Shown: positions 37,400 through 46,953 of the stretch, piece after piece
How positions within the stretch are numbered: the first letter of the stretch is position 1
Layout of the letters: every line of letters begins with the position of its first letter
IMG/VR virus record: IMGVR_UViG_3300045970_000027
Coordinates: 20,306-84,305 of that record
Length of the DNA stretch: 64,000 nt
Reading direction: 5' to 3' (one strand)
Source of the DNA: a virus
Program-made: the position numbers and the translations under genes
The notes under the pieces: model-generated
What the model saw: the letters and a program-made list of their open reading frames with translations, nothing else
The model's database searches: none
Told to the model about the DNA's origin: nothing

Positions 37400-38949
37400 T
37401 AGGCACCACCTGTGGCCGTGACAGTGATCGTGCTCTCAGTCATCAGGAAGATCTCGGACTCGCCAGCGACGAGGTTGGTGACACCATCGGCGTCGGCAGT
37501 CTTCTTGAGGACGGTGACCACCACACTCTGGGTTACCCCGAGGGAGGAGACCAGCGCGATCAGGTCGGTAGTCAGGATCGTCGCCCCGAACCCGATATTG
37601 CTGTAGTCGAACCGGTCGGCGATGGCCTGCCTGACGATGGTGACGACATCGGTGTTCAGGACACTTGTAAGAGAGGTGACCGTCAAGGTGACGCTCACCG
37701 GGGTGTACACCGGGTCAGTCAGTGTGAGCGCAGTTCCTGCCAGCATCCTGCCGGTGATGTAGGAAGACACCGCCGTCTTGAGGGTGGTGTACTCCGTCGT
37801 GATCGTCCACGGACCGGTTCCCACTCCACTGGCGTCGAGGTAGCCGGGTCGCAACTCGGCAGCCCCAGCATTCCGGCTAGGGGCGACGGTCAGGATGACC
37901 GAACTGGGGACGGTTGACTGCGCGCTCGCCTTCCCACAGCCGGGAACCGAGAGAGCGAGATTCTGGTAGTCCTCTAGGGAGACCGCCCTGTTGTTAGAGC
38001 GGTACGCCTGCGCCGCGTTGAACCGGATAGACGAGAGGTCCTCAGGGTTCGCACCGCCAGTAGCCGCTACATCGTTGGTCACCGAGAGCGTTCCGACGAG
38101 GACGGCTACCTGACCAGCGTTGAGGCCGGGGACTGACGTGACCTCGGTGACCGTCGTGCGTGAGACGTTTCCGTTCGTACCGTCTACCTTGCGGTAGGTC
38201 GTGTAGACGACGTGCCCCTGCGACGGAACCGCACCGGAGACTCCGTCCCCGAACTGGACGTACAGACCGCCGTACCCGTCGTCCACAACGCGGTAGACCC
38301 GGCTGGTCGGGCTGTAGTCGGCGAGGTGGGAGACGCGGGTCCATGGGTAGTAGTTGACGCCGTCGTAGATGTACACGCTGACGGAGTCCTTGACGACGGT
38401 GTCACTCGGAAGGCGCAGGAACTGACTGGGAGCGCCCGTGCTGAGACCGAGGGAGTCTCCGTACCCGGTCGACCCGGTGACAGTCACCCCCTGCTGTGCC
38501 GCCACTGTGTTGGCCGAGGTTGCAGCCACAGTTACAGCAGCGGTCGTCTCAAACGGGATGTACAGGAGGACGTCACCCTTCTCGACTGCTGCCGTGACAA
38601 CCGTCCCGCTAGGGATGGTGACAGGGGAGGCCGACGAGTTTGAGAACGTGAGGGTCACCGTGCTCCCGGTATACCCCGAGGGGTCGTACCCGAGGTCGCG
38701 AGCGAGTGCGAGGACAGAAGCGCGACGGGTCGCGGTTGACAGGGTTGACTCATTGGCTGCCCGGTCGATGTAGTAGGACAGGATGTCCCCGAGATGGGCG
38801 AACGCCTCGACCATGACGACACCGAAGTCGGACGGGTCGGTAGCCTGCCACTCTGGGACGGCAGACTTGACGCGGGCGGTGAGGTCAGACCTCAGCGAGG
38901 CGAAGTCCCTCGATGTGTAGTCGATCTGGGTAGGAAGAATCTCAGCCAT
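37399..38949 (-). CDS. baseplate J / gp6-like wedge protein
   Basis: IDYTSRDF, YYIDRAANE, FGDG..G..P, GGA.PE, RAVSLEDY. Confidence 0.92.
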   Translation of the reverse strand: MAEILPTQIDYTSRDFASLRSDLTARVKSAVPEWQATDPSDFGVVMVEAFAHLGDILSYYIDRAANESTLSTATRRASVLALARDLGYDPSGYTGSTVTLTFSNSSASPVTIPSGTVVTAAVEKGDVLLYIPFETTAAVTVAATSANTVAAQQGVTVTGSTGYGDSLGLSTGAPSQFLRLPSDTVVKDSVSVYIYDGVNYYPWTRVSHLADYSPTSRVYRVVDDGYGGLYVQFGDGVSGAVPSQGHVVYTTYRKVDGTNGNVSRTTVTEVTSVPGLNAGQVAVLVGTLSVTNDVAATGGANPEDLSSIRFNAAQAYRSNNRAVSLEDYQNLALSVPGCGKASAQSTVPSSVILTVAPSRNAGAAELRPGYLDASGVGTGPWTITTEYTTLKTAVSSYITGRMLAGTALTLTDPVYTPVSVTLTVTSLTSVLNTDVVTIVRQAIADRFDYSNIGFGATILTTDLIALVSSLGVTQSVVVTVLKKTADADGVTNLVAGESEIFLMTESTITVTATGGA

Positions 38950-39317
38950 CAGTCAACCTCAATCACGATGCTTACAGAGTTGTCGGAGACACTGGAGTCG
39001 GGGATGCCGTACTTGATCTGAACCTCGACCTCGCCCGTATTGGAGGTCTCGGTCAGTTCCAGACCGAGGTACCTCAACTGGGGCAGCCACGTCTGGAAGG
39101 CAGAGGCGACATCGACATCGAGGACAGACTCGATAGCGTCAGTAGACCGGAAGAGGTGGATCGGGGTGGGGGTCCCGTAGTCTGGACGGTGCAGCCTTTC
39201 CCCAAGCGCGGTCGCCATGACGCTACGTACCCGGTCGGCCCAGATACGGCTCATGCTCGTCGTCGTCGCGATGTTCCCGTACCCATCGAGCCGGAAGGGG
39301 AGGCTAATCGTTCTCAT
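38949..39317 (-). CDS. gp25-like baseplate protein
   Basis: ISLPF, T.LGER..RPDYG, WLP. Confidence 0.88.
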   Translation of the reverse strand: MRTISLPFRLDGYGNIATTTSMSRIWADRVRSVMATALGERLHRPDYGTPTPIHLFRSTDAIESVLDVDVASAFQTWLPQLRYLGLELTETSNTGEVEVQIKYGIPDSSVSDNSVSIVIEVD

Positions 39318-39353
39318 GCTGTCATTCTTTCGTTTAATGGGGGGTTCTATCTG

Positions 39354-40574
39354 TTATACGGCTACCCATTGGGCTACCTTGCCGTCGGGGCGGTACGTCA
39401 TCCCCACCACAAACGACGGGCTGAGGATCTTCAACCGGCTGGCAGACCCAGTCATCGGGGACCAGCCCTGCTGCGCTTCCTGCGCGAGGTTCCGGTATCG
39501 GGTCGTGGGTGGGACGGACCTCTGAGGGCTGACCTCATCTGTGCTGATGATCGTCTCGCATGTGTATTCACCACGGGTGATCCGATGCGTGACACTCTTG
39601 ACGATCCAGTAGCCGGTAGCCGTCTTATCGTTAGTCGCCAAGTAGACCGGTCGGTACGGCGCGATGAAGGGGTCACCCTTACCGAAGACCCGTCCGTCGT
39701 ACGCCATCATCCCTTGGTCGGCCATCCCCTTGGCGAGTAACTGTGCGTCGGCTCGACTATGCGCGATGATACTTGGGTTGTACTTCTCGTACGCCGGGAT
39801 GGATGCCTTGCTCGACCGGACAGCCGAGCGAGGGGACTCTCGTACGGCTACTGGCTCTGTGTCATTTGGTCCAAGCGAGACCACGACAGCGGTATCGGAC
39901 TCATCATCTTCGTCGTCCGAGGTATTCCCGAGAAGGGTGTCGACATCGAGTACGGTCGTCGGGTACTGAGTTGCGACCGACGCGGTTGCCAGTATGGGGG
40001 CGACACTGGAGAACGCCTTGATCATCTCCTTGAGCGGGAGGAAGTAGAGGGTCGTCCCTTCCGCACGCAGGACGTACCCGGTCGTCTTAGCCAACTTGGT
40101 CAAGACTTCCCAGTACGTCTCCCCACCCTGAACGATCTGCTTCTTGCGTAGTCCGTGCTGCTTCGTGACGACCTTGAACCCCAGTCGCTTCCCGATGTCC
40201 TGCGCTATCTCAGGTGCGGTGTGGTTCCTCCAAGTGTTCCTTGCCGTCGCCCTGAACTCTCGGCTGGCGGCAACACAGGTGATCTCTCGCTCGTAGTGGC
40301 TATCCTCTACGTGGGTGACCGGAGCGACCTTGCTGACGTAGCCCAAGAACATGGCTGACATCCCGTCCCCATCCCGGTATACGACCTGAATGGGGGTGTT
40401 CGGGTAGAGCGTGTCGAAGTACTCCGTAGACCGGGACCGGACAGTCAGGGTCAGGAGGTCGTGCTTGCGGATCTCTTGGTGTAGACGGAACTCGCGCCAG
40501 TCCATGGTGGCCGACGTATCGCTGAGAGGGAGGGTCACGCTGAACCCACCCTTGAACGTGGAGGTACGGCTCAT
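39354..40574 (-). CDS. baseplate hub protein (gpD/gp44-like)
   Basis: QGGETYWE.L..LA..TGY, GDP, GYWIV..VTH. Confidence 0.8.
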   Translation of the reverse strand: MSRTSTFKGGFSVTLPLSDTSATMDWREFRLHQEIRKHDLLTLTVRSRSTEYFDTLYPNTPIQVVYRDGDGMSAMFLGYVSKVAPVTHVEDSHYEREITCVAASREFRATARNTWRNHTAPEIAQDIGKRLGFKVVTKQHGLRKKQIVQGGETYWEVLTKLAKTTGYVLRAEGTTLYFLPLKEMIKAFSSVAPILATASVATQYPTTVLDVDTLLGNTSDDEDDESDTAVVVSLGPNDTEPVAVRESPRSAVRSSKASIPAYEKYNPSIIAHSRADAQLLAKGMADQGMMAYDGRVFGKGDPFIAPYRPVYLATNDKTATGYWIVKSVTHRITRGEYTCETIISTDEVSPQRSVPPTTRYRNLAQEAQQGWSPMTGSASRLKILSPSFVVGMTYRPDGKVAQWVAV

Positions 40575-40840
40575 CCGACAACTACCGAGGTACCGGCAAC
40601 CAGACTAAGGGGGTCGATGGTCTCCCCGTTCGCATCGAGGATCATCCACCAGTTGCTCGACTTGTCAGCAAACCTTCTTCCCAGAGTGTCCAGCCGGTCA
40701 CCCTCCCGCCAGTGGTAGACGCGGCTAGCCGCTATTGGGGTAACCGCCTCACGCATGACGGTAGGCCGGGTAACCCCAGACCGCTCGTCAAGGATGAACT
40801 GGGCAGGGGTGGCCGCGTACCGGCTAGTCAGGTAGATCAT
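40571..40840 (-). CDS. LysM/tail X-like baseplate protein
   Basis: SRY...EGDRLD.L...WW.I.DAN..IDP. Confidence 0.8.
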   Translation of the reverse strand: MIYLTSRYAATPAQFILDERSGVTRPTVMREAVTPIAASRVYHWREGDRLDTLGRRFADKSSNWWMILDANGETIDPLSLVAGTSVVVG

Positions 40841-40848
40841 GGGTAGTC

Positions 40849-42210
40849 CTAACTGGGCTCGGGGAAGCGGGCTGGGTGAACGTTCGGGTTGATCCTGCTG
40901 GAGTCCCACACGACAGGACTCTGTGCCGGAATCGTGAATGAGTTGAGCGGGTAGGCCACGCCAGACGCACTGGGCACCACGGTCGTGACCCCGTTCGATG
41001 TGGAGATGTAACCGTTCGGTTTTGGTGCGTACCCAGCAGTCGGAGTTCCCCCGAAGTAGGGGAGCGACCCCGGTCCGGTGTACGACCCGCCGCCGTCACT
41101 GGGGTACTCCGCGATGTCCTGCGTCGTAGTGTCCAGAGCCGGGTTGTTCGTACCGTCTGGGTACCTAGCGAAGGTGACTGAGACCTGCGTCCACATTGGC
41201 ACCATGCGAGTGTTGAACGAGAGGTGCTGGTACGAGATGCTCTGGACACGACCGAGGTAGCGCTGGCCGTGCCTGACCTTGCCGGGTGAGGCCCCCGCGT
41301 TGAAGTCGAGGATAGTGGGGACCCCGAAGGCAATGCCGACGTCTGCGGTCGTCCCACGGAGGAGGGTCTCCCACGGCTTCCCAAGGAGGGTACGGAAGAG
41401 GTACTCCATGTCGTAGAGCGTGCCTCGGGTGTAGATCCCCTCGATCTCCTCGTCGGTCAGTGGGCGGCCGTAGAAGTACGACATCGTGTCACGGTCGGGA
41501 ACGTACAGGCCGGTATTGCTGAGGAACCACGCCTTCTTAGGTTCGTTCGCCAGTGCATTCTGGTAAGCACTCCAGTTCCTAGCCTTCCGGAGGCTGTTAA
41601 CAAGTTTCTGCCACTTCGCGTGCTCCTTCTGGAATCGGGAGTTGGCGTTCTCACCGTACGCGAACCTCTGGATCAAGGCCATGTCCTCGATGCGGTTGAG
41701 GAAGATCGTGAACGAGACCACGGGCTGGCTATCGGCCGAGGGTGTGATCGGCATCGACTGGTCTGCCCCAGTCATGATGACGGTCGGGTTGATCTGAGTA
41801 CTGCTGATCCCCATGGCGTGCTCGATGGTCGACGGGTTGTAGTGGAACCGGAAGCCGTACCTGTTCCCATCCCTGCCGGACGCCGACGGGTCCGTTGAGA
41901 GCGCGTAGTCCTTAGGGAACTGGACGTGCTGGAAGAGGACGCCCTTCCGCTCCCGACGCAGGCTCGCCCGGTCGGGACCCATGACCTGTGACCGGTGCGC
42001 GCTACCACTCCCCTCACTGAGAGTCGGGTCAGTAGTGTCGTCGTCTACGTAAGCGCCGGATGCAGCCCGGTGCATCGGTGGGTTGAAGAGGACTTCCTGC
42101 CACGACTTCGGCCACGCGCTAGCCGCCTTAACCGGGCGCTTAGCCGCGTTGGCCACAGTGGACGACGTAGACGACGCTGCCCCACTGCTAGGCGGCTCTG
42201 GGGCTCTCAT
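40849..42210 (-). CDS. tail tube initiator-like protein
   Basis: YGFRFHYNP, RGTLYDMEYL, F..RMVP; between tape measure and LysM gene. Confidence 0.65.
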   Translation of the reverse strand: MRAPEPPSSGAASSTSSTVANAAKRPVKAASAWPKSWQEVLFNPPMHRAASGAYVDDDTTDPTLSEGSGSAHRSQVMGPDRASLRRERKGVLFQHVQFPKDYALSTDPSASGRDGNRYGFRFHYNPSTIEHAMGISSTQINPTVIMTGADQSMPITPSADSQPVVSFTIFLNRIEDMALIQRFAYGENANSRFQKEHAKWQKLVNSLRKARNWSAYQNALANEPKKAWFLSNTGLYVPDRDTMSYFYGRPLTDEEIEGIYTRGTLYDMEYLFRTLLGKPWETLLRGTTADVGIAFGVPTILDFNAGASPGKVRHGQRYLGRVQSISYQHLSFNTRMVPMWTQVSVTFARYPDGTNNPALDTTTQDIAEYPSDGGGSYTGPGSLPYFGGTPTAGYAPKPNGYISTSNGVTTVVPSASGVAYPLNSFTIPAQSPVVWDSSRINPNVHPARFPEPS

Positions 42211-42422
42211 ACGTGACCTCCATTCAGGTAGCGGAGGTAGGTCAGGTCACCGGGGAACTCGTAGACCGACGTGTCAGCGCGAGTGGTGGAGAGTCCGGCT
42301 GCCATGTTCGCACCCGAGCGGTGGAGCGCCTCCAGAACAGCCTTGCTTCTCTGCGAGTAGAGGACCCCCGACAACGGGCTGGCTGGGCGGCGGGATAGAT
42401 CAACGATGTCAACCGTCTTCAT
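42207..42422 (-). CDS. hypothetical protein
   Basis: ATGA overlaps on both sides. Confidence 0.5.
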   Translation of the reverse strand: MKTVDIVDLSRRPASPLSGVLYSQRSKAVLEALHRSGANMAAGLSTTRADTSVYEFPGDLTYLRYLNGGHV

Positions 42423-45280
42423 CGGGTACGCATCCTCTCGTTCTTGGAGTCCTTCTTGAGTTCGCGCTTGACGATGTTCACAAGCCGCATGGCTTCATCG
42501 TTCGACGCGTTAGTCAGACTGACGTTGATAGTGACGTCCCCACCCCGCTTAGTACCCGAGAGCGCCTCATCGAGCGCCGCTCTGAACTGCTGGCCTTGGT
42601 ACGCCGGGAGGACGGTCTCCCCAGCATGGAGTTGGGCGGTCTGGTCGTTGGTCACGTTGTACGCACCCTGCGAGTAGCCGGGGAGGTTGTGCTTGGTCCC
42701 CCACTTAGACGCGACGATGGCGTCGTACACCGCCTGCTGGTTACCACCAGACTTGAAGGCGTTGACGATCTCGTCGTAGCCGTATGCAGTGTGGTTCCCG
42801 CTAGTGAGCGTGTTCACCGTGGCGGTGATCCCAGAGTTCCAGTCGGAGTACGCCTTGATGCTCTTCTGGCTTGTTCCGGCCGAGCGTGACCCCGGCATGG
42901 ACAACGTGGTGTTGAGCGGGTTGTACTTCGCGCTGTTGTGCCAGTTACCACCTTCGGCGGCCATCCACTTGAGCATGGCGGCCACGTTCGACTTCGACGT
43001 CGGGGCACCTATTCCGGAAAGGATGGCGGCAGCCACCTTCCTCTCCGACGCGCTCCCCTTGACGTTGGTTGTAGCCCCCGTCGTTCCTCCGAGATCGCTG
43101 CCACCAGCAGACGTGGTGTTACCTGCCTCCCCCGTCTTGTTGGAGAGGGGGTCTATCTGACGGTAGTTGGGGGAACCAAAGATGCTCGACCCAGACCCCA
43201 GCATGTTGGTCGACATCGGGTTAGCCATCGCGCTAGCCGACAGTCCGAGACCTTCAGGAAGGACGGGAGTTCCACTGGTCGTCGCAGGGGTAGCGCTCGC
43301 CGAACTGGCTGCCTGAGACGAGCCACCCACGGCTCCTGTAGCCGTCGTACGGCCTTGGAAGTACGGGGTGGTCCATCCGTAGTACTTACCGCCTAACTGC
43401 CGTGACGCGTCCGACAGTGGCATGACGGTGGGGGTTCCACCGCCCTTGTGGGTGGTCGAAACCATGGCACCCTTAGCGCCGTATCCAGTGACGATGGCGA
43501 CGTGCCCACTCTTGCCGGTATCCCAGAAGACGAGTGACCCAACAGGAGGGTTGGTATCCCCCTGATGCCGGTAGCGGTCGGGCGTTGCCTGCCAGTGAGT
43601 GCGTGCGTCGGCATAGCCAGAGTGCTCAAGGCCGTACGCGTTCGCGACGTAGTGGTCGCAGAGGCCGGGGAACTTACCCTTCATGTTCTGCGAAGGACCT
43701 GCCGCCCAGCCGACAGCACCAGCAGAGCCACGGCTCAGGTCACCGGATCCACCACCAGCACCCTCGCCGTACGACGCCTGCTTTGAGAGACCCACTGCAC
43801 CGCCGACGATAGTCCCGACCACCGCACCGATGGCAGTACCAAGGCCGGGGAAGATACTGCCAATGGCGGCACCTGAGAGGGCACCGGCTCCTGCACTAGC
43901 GGCTACAGTGCCTACCCGGTCGAGGGCACTTCCACTTTGTGCGACGCCCGTGTTATGGAGGAAGTCGACTGCCTCACTGCCACCGAACGCGAGGGCCGCC
44001 CCACCACCGGCACGACCCACCTTTCCGAGCGTGCTGCCAACCTTCCCACCCTTACCAGCCGCCCCACCACCCAACCCACTGAGGAGGGACGGGAGCAAGG
44101 CCGCCGCACCACCGAGCGCGAGGCTGAGGGCGTGGGCAGTCTCCGTTGCATCGACCATGGTCTCCGTAAAGCCCTTTAGCCGGAAGGCAGCGTTACCAAC
44201 GGACGTGTTCGCGAAGGCCTCAATGGCCTTGTTGGCCGTGTTGATGACCTTGGCCGCGTCCTCAAAGCCAGCCATCAACGCTGGGGTAGCCGCACCGATA
44301 GCATCAGCGCGCCCCTCGTTCATTGACATGGTCGTCAGCATCGGGTTGTTAGTCGAGTTCAACCCGAACTTCTGAGCCAGAGCATTGCCAGACTTCGGAC
44401 CCTTCGCCGTATTGGAGAAGTTGATGCCAGCCGCTCCCCCAGCCTTCTGCTTGATGCGGAGAGCCGTGACGATCTGCTGGTAGAGCGCGGGGTCGCTCCC
44501 GAAGAGGTTGGCGAGATCCTGCCCAACCCAGCCTCCCATAAGGCCTGCCTCAAACGCGGCGGCCGAGACCTTCTTGCTGGGTGACCCGTACCAGCGTCCC
44601 CACAACTGGTCAACGATGCTTCCGAGACCCTTGTACTTGCCTGTCCGGAGATCGTTAGTGAAGAGTCCGTACTGCGCCAACTTGCCAGAGACGCCGCCGA
44701 CACCAGTCTGCAGGGAGGCGATCCCACTCGCGCTGGCTGCGTTGTTCATCCCCGTCATCTTCGACATGAACCCGGCCTCGCCCATGACCCTACCCATGGA
44801 AGGGTTGGCCATACCGAGTCCTCGACCGGTCAGCAGCGCGGCTGCCGCCAGCGGGTCGGTCGTGCTGGTGTACGAGCCGTGGAACGACGCGAAGACCTTC
44901 CCAGACGTACGGTTGCCGTTGTACCCACCGGGAGCGGCGAAGGCGGTCGGGAAGAGGGCCGACTGTCGGGCGTACGCATCCTGCACGCCGGGGGTCGACG
45001 CCCAAGCAGCACCGCCGACAGCGGCCATCGCGCCAACGGCAGCAGCCGCCCCGAACCTCGGGATCCCCATACCGTTCGACGTCGTGTTCTGCTGCGTACT
45101 GGAGGTCTGGCCAGAGAAGGTGGCCGAGTTGGTCATGATGGAGTTGCCGGAACCTAGGGAGGAGACGACACTTCCCGACTTGCTAGTCAGGCCTCCAGCC
45201 AGACCGTCAATCTGGGTGAGTTGCCGGATGACCTTGTCGAGGGCTGTACTGACCTTGTCAACGTTGTCGGTGACCGTCAT
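42419..45280 (-). CDS. tape measure protein with CHAP-like and lysozyme-like domains
   Basis: Ala/Gly-rich; CDHYVA..GSLVFW..GHVAI; WMAAEGG..YNPLNTT; LHAGETVLPA. Confidence 0.85.
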   Translation of the reverse strand: MTVTDNVDKVSTALDKVIRQLTQIDGLAGGLTSKSGSVVSSLGSGNSIMTNSATFSGQTSSTQQNTTSNGMGIPRFGAAAAVGAMAAVGGAAWASTPGVQDAYARQSALFPTAFAAPGGYNGNRTSGKVFASFHGSYTSTTDPLAAAALLTGRGLGMANPSMGRVMGEAGFMSKMTGMNNAASASGIASLQTGVGGVSGKLAQYGLFTNDLRTGKYKGLGSIVDQLWGRWYGSPSKKVSAAAFEAGLMGGWVGQDLANLFGSDPALYQQIVTALRIKQKAGGAAGINFSNTAKGPKSGNALAQKFGLNSTNNPMLTTMSMNEGRADAIGAATPALMAGFEDAAKVINTANKAIEAFANTSVGNAAFRLKGFTETMVDATETAHALSLALGGAAALLPSLLSGLGGGAAGKGGKVGSTLGKVGRAGGGAALAFGGSEAVDFLHNTGVAQSGSALDRVGTVAASAGAGALSGAAIGSIFPGLGTAIGAVVGTIVGGAVGLSKQASYGEGAGGGSGDLSRGSAGAVGWAAGPSQNMKGKFPGLCDHYVANAYGLEHSGYADARTHWQATPDRYRHQGDTNPPVGSLVFWDTGKSGHVAIVTGYGAKGAMVSTTHKGGGTPTVMPLSDASRQLGGKYYGWTTPYFQGRTTATGAVGGSSQAASSASATPATTSGTPVLPEGLGLSASAMANPMSTNMLGSGSSIFGSPNYRQIDPLSNKTGEAGNTTSAGGSDLGGTTGATTNVKGSASERKVAAAILSGIGAPTSKSNVAAMLKWMAAEGGNWHNSAKYNPLNTTLSMPGSRSAGTSQKSIKAYSDWNSGITATVNTLTSGNHTAYGYDEIVNAFKSGGNQQAVYDAIVASKWGTKHNLPGYSQGAYNVTNDQTAQLHAGETVLPAYQGQQFRAALDEALSGTKRGGDVTINVSLTNASNDEAMRLVNIVKRELKKDSKNERMRTR

Positions 45281-45452
45281 CTACATGCCTCCTCTCTTGG
45301 TGTGCAGTTCCATCCAGTTGACCATCTCTCGCCTAGTCAGGTCCTTGATCTGGTCGAGCGTCCAGCCGGGGTACGCCTTAGCGAGGAAGCCCCACGCGTT
45401 GAACAACGCCGTGTAGTAGTCCGCTCTGCTCTTGGCAGTCTTGCTAGAACTG
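45281..45452 (-). CDS. tail chaperone C-terminal extension (probable +1 frameshift product)
   Basis: YPGWTLDQIKDLTRRE..W; no good own start. Confidence 0.6.
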
Positions 45453-46262
45453 AAACAAGGCCGCAAGCGAGAGCGGTACCTCCAGTTCTGCGCCACACGA
45501 CGGGCACTCAGCCTTCGCGTCCTGAAACTGCGGACCGGTCGTCCGCTCGACCAGCGCGTCGCTGATCTTGCGGCGGTCCCTGATCGAGAGGTCGAGGACG
45601 GTCGACTTACCGATCACGGGGCGTCCGTTGACCTGTACGACCGTGCTCTCCAGAAGGATGGTGGAGAGTTCGGCAATCGTCTTGTCGCCGTTCGCCGCGA
45701 TCTCCTTCTGGGTGTACCCGGTAGGGAGGTCGACGGTCACCTCGCCGACGGCGCACTCGACGGTGAAGCGGCGAGCGAACGGGTCAGCCAGAGTCTTGAC
45801 CGGGACGTCGGAGAGGAGGTCTAGCGTGACCTCAGACTCGGTCTTGCAGGACTCGCAGAACCGGACAGTCTGCACCTCGTTGCCGAACGTGGCCGCGTAG
45901 ATCCTCAGGAGGATGTAGTCGCGGTCGCCAGCCAGAAGACTGTTGAGGGTTGTGTCATCGAGGACACCTCGGTCACCCAGACGGATCAGCCCGCGAGCCA
46001 GCACGGTGTTCAATGCCTTCTGCGGGGTGGTCGCCTTGGAGATGACCTCTTCGTCACGGCCGGTCAGTTCCCTGACCTCGGCCTCCATGCTGACCTCCCC
46101 GGCGACGGAGATGTAGCCGCCGGGGAGATCGAACACAGTGTCCGGAGGAGGAGTGATCACTGGCTCTTCCGGAGGCAGTTCTTCCTGCCGTTCCGCAACC
46201 GCCATGACCTGCTCGATGAGTTCGTTTGTTACGGGTACACGACCGGAGTCGGTGATGGCCAT
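45444..46262 (-). CDS. tail/baseplate hub assembly chaperone
   Basis: VRELTGRDEE, GDRD, CxxC twice; between tube and tape measure. Confidence 0.8.
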   Translation of the reverse strand: MAITDSGRVPVTNELIEQVMAVAERQEELPPEEPVITPPPDTVFDLPGGYISVAGEVSMEAEVRELTGRDEEVISKATTPQKALNTVLARGLIRLGDRGVLDDTTLNSLLAGDRDYILLRIYAATFGNEVQTVRFCESCKTESEVTLDLLSDVPVKTLADPFARRFTVECAVGEVTVDLPTGYTQKEIAANGDKTIAELSTILLESTVVQVNGRPVIGKSTVLDLSIRDRRKISDALVERTTGPQFQDAKAECPSCGAELEVPLSLAALFQF

Positions 46263-46291
46263 CTAATGATCCTTGTCTGGTTGGGTTCTTA

Positions 46292-46942
46292 CTAGAACTG
46301 CGAGGCGGCAGTGATGAGGCCGTCGCCATCGTTGTAGCCTGCCCACTCCATGGACATGCCTTCGTGGACGAGCGTCATCTGCTCGACCATGAGTGCGTTG
46401 TCGCCCGCGTTGAGGTCTGAGTACGCGACCGTGGTAGGCCACGCGTTGTACAGCCGGAATCTGGCTACAACCAGATCGTCTTCGGCCGACAGAGTCTCAC
46501 TCTGGGTAACGCCGTACTTGGAGTTGGGATCCTGATTAGCGCGGGAGTAGGGAACCGGGTGGTTGAGTACCGCGATCTCCACGTCCGAGCGGAAGGACTG
46601 CCGGTTGGCGAAGGTGGTACCAGACACCGTCTGGAAGAGCATCTTCATCCACTGCCAGTTCTGGTCCGAGCCGACCGTGACGCCACGCTGGAACGTGACC
46701 GGCGAGAAGGTCGACTGGCCGGGGATCTGGTGGACAGTGGTGTTGTAGCCACCCTCGCGGTAAGGGATGGACTCGGTGGCGATAGCCAGACCGGAGACCG
46801 ACGTGAAGCCGACCTTCGGGTTAGGCGTCCAGCCACCAGTACCGGTCACGGTGAGCGGAAGAAACGTCACCAAGAACCGGAAGTTACGGATCGGGTCGCT
46901 GTTGAGGGCACCCCGTACGTTGATGTTAGAAGCGGTAGCCAT
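46292..46942 (-). CDS. tail tube protein (T4 gp19 family)
   Basis: DPIRNFRF.V, GF.SVSGL, YREGG, NAWPT, L.HEG. Confidence 0.93.
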   Translation of the reverse strand: MATASNINVRGALNSDPIRNFRFLVTFLPLTVTGTGGWTPNPKVGFTSVSGLAIATESIPYREGGYNTTVHQIPGQSTFSPVTFQRGVTVGSDQNWQWMKMLFQTVSGTTFANRQSFRSDVEIAVLNHPVPYSRANQDPNSKYGVTQSETLSAEDDLVVARFRLYNAWPTTVAYSDLNAGDNALMVEQMTLVHEGMSMEWAGYNDGDGLITAASQF

Positions 46943-46953
46943 TGCTGTACCTC

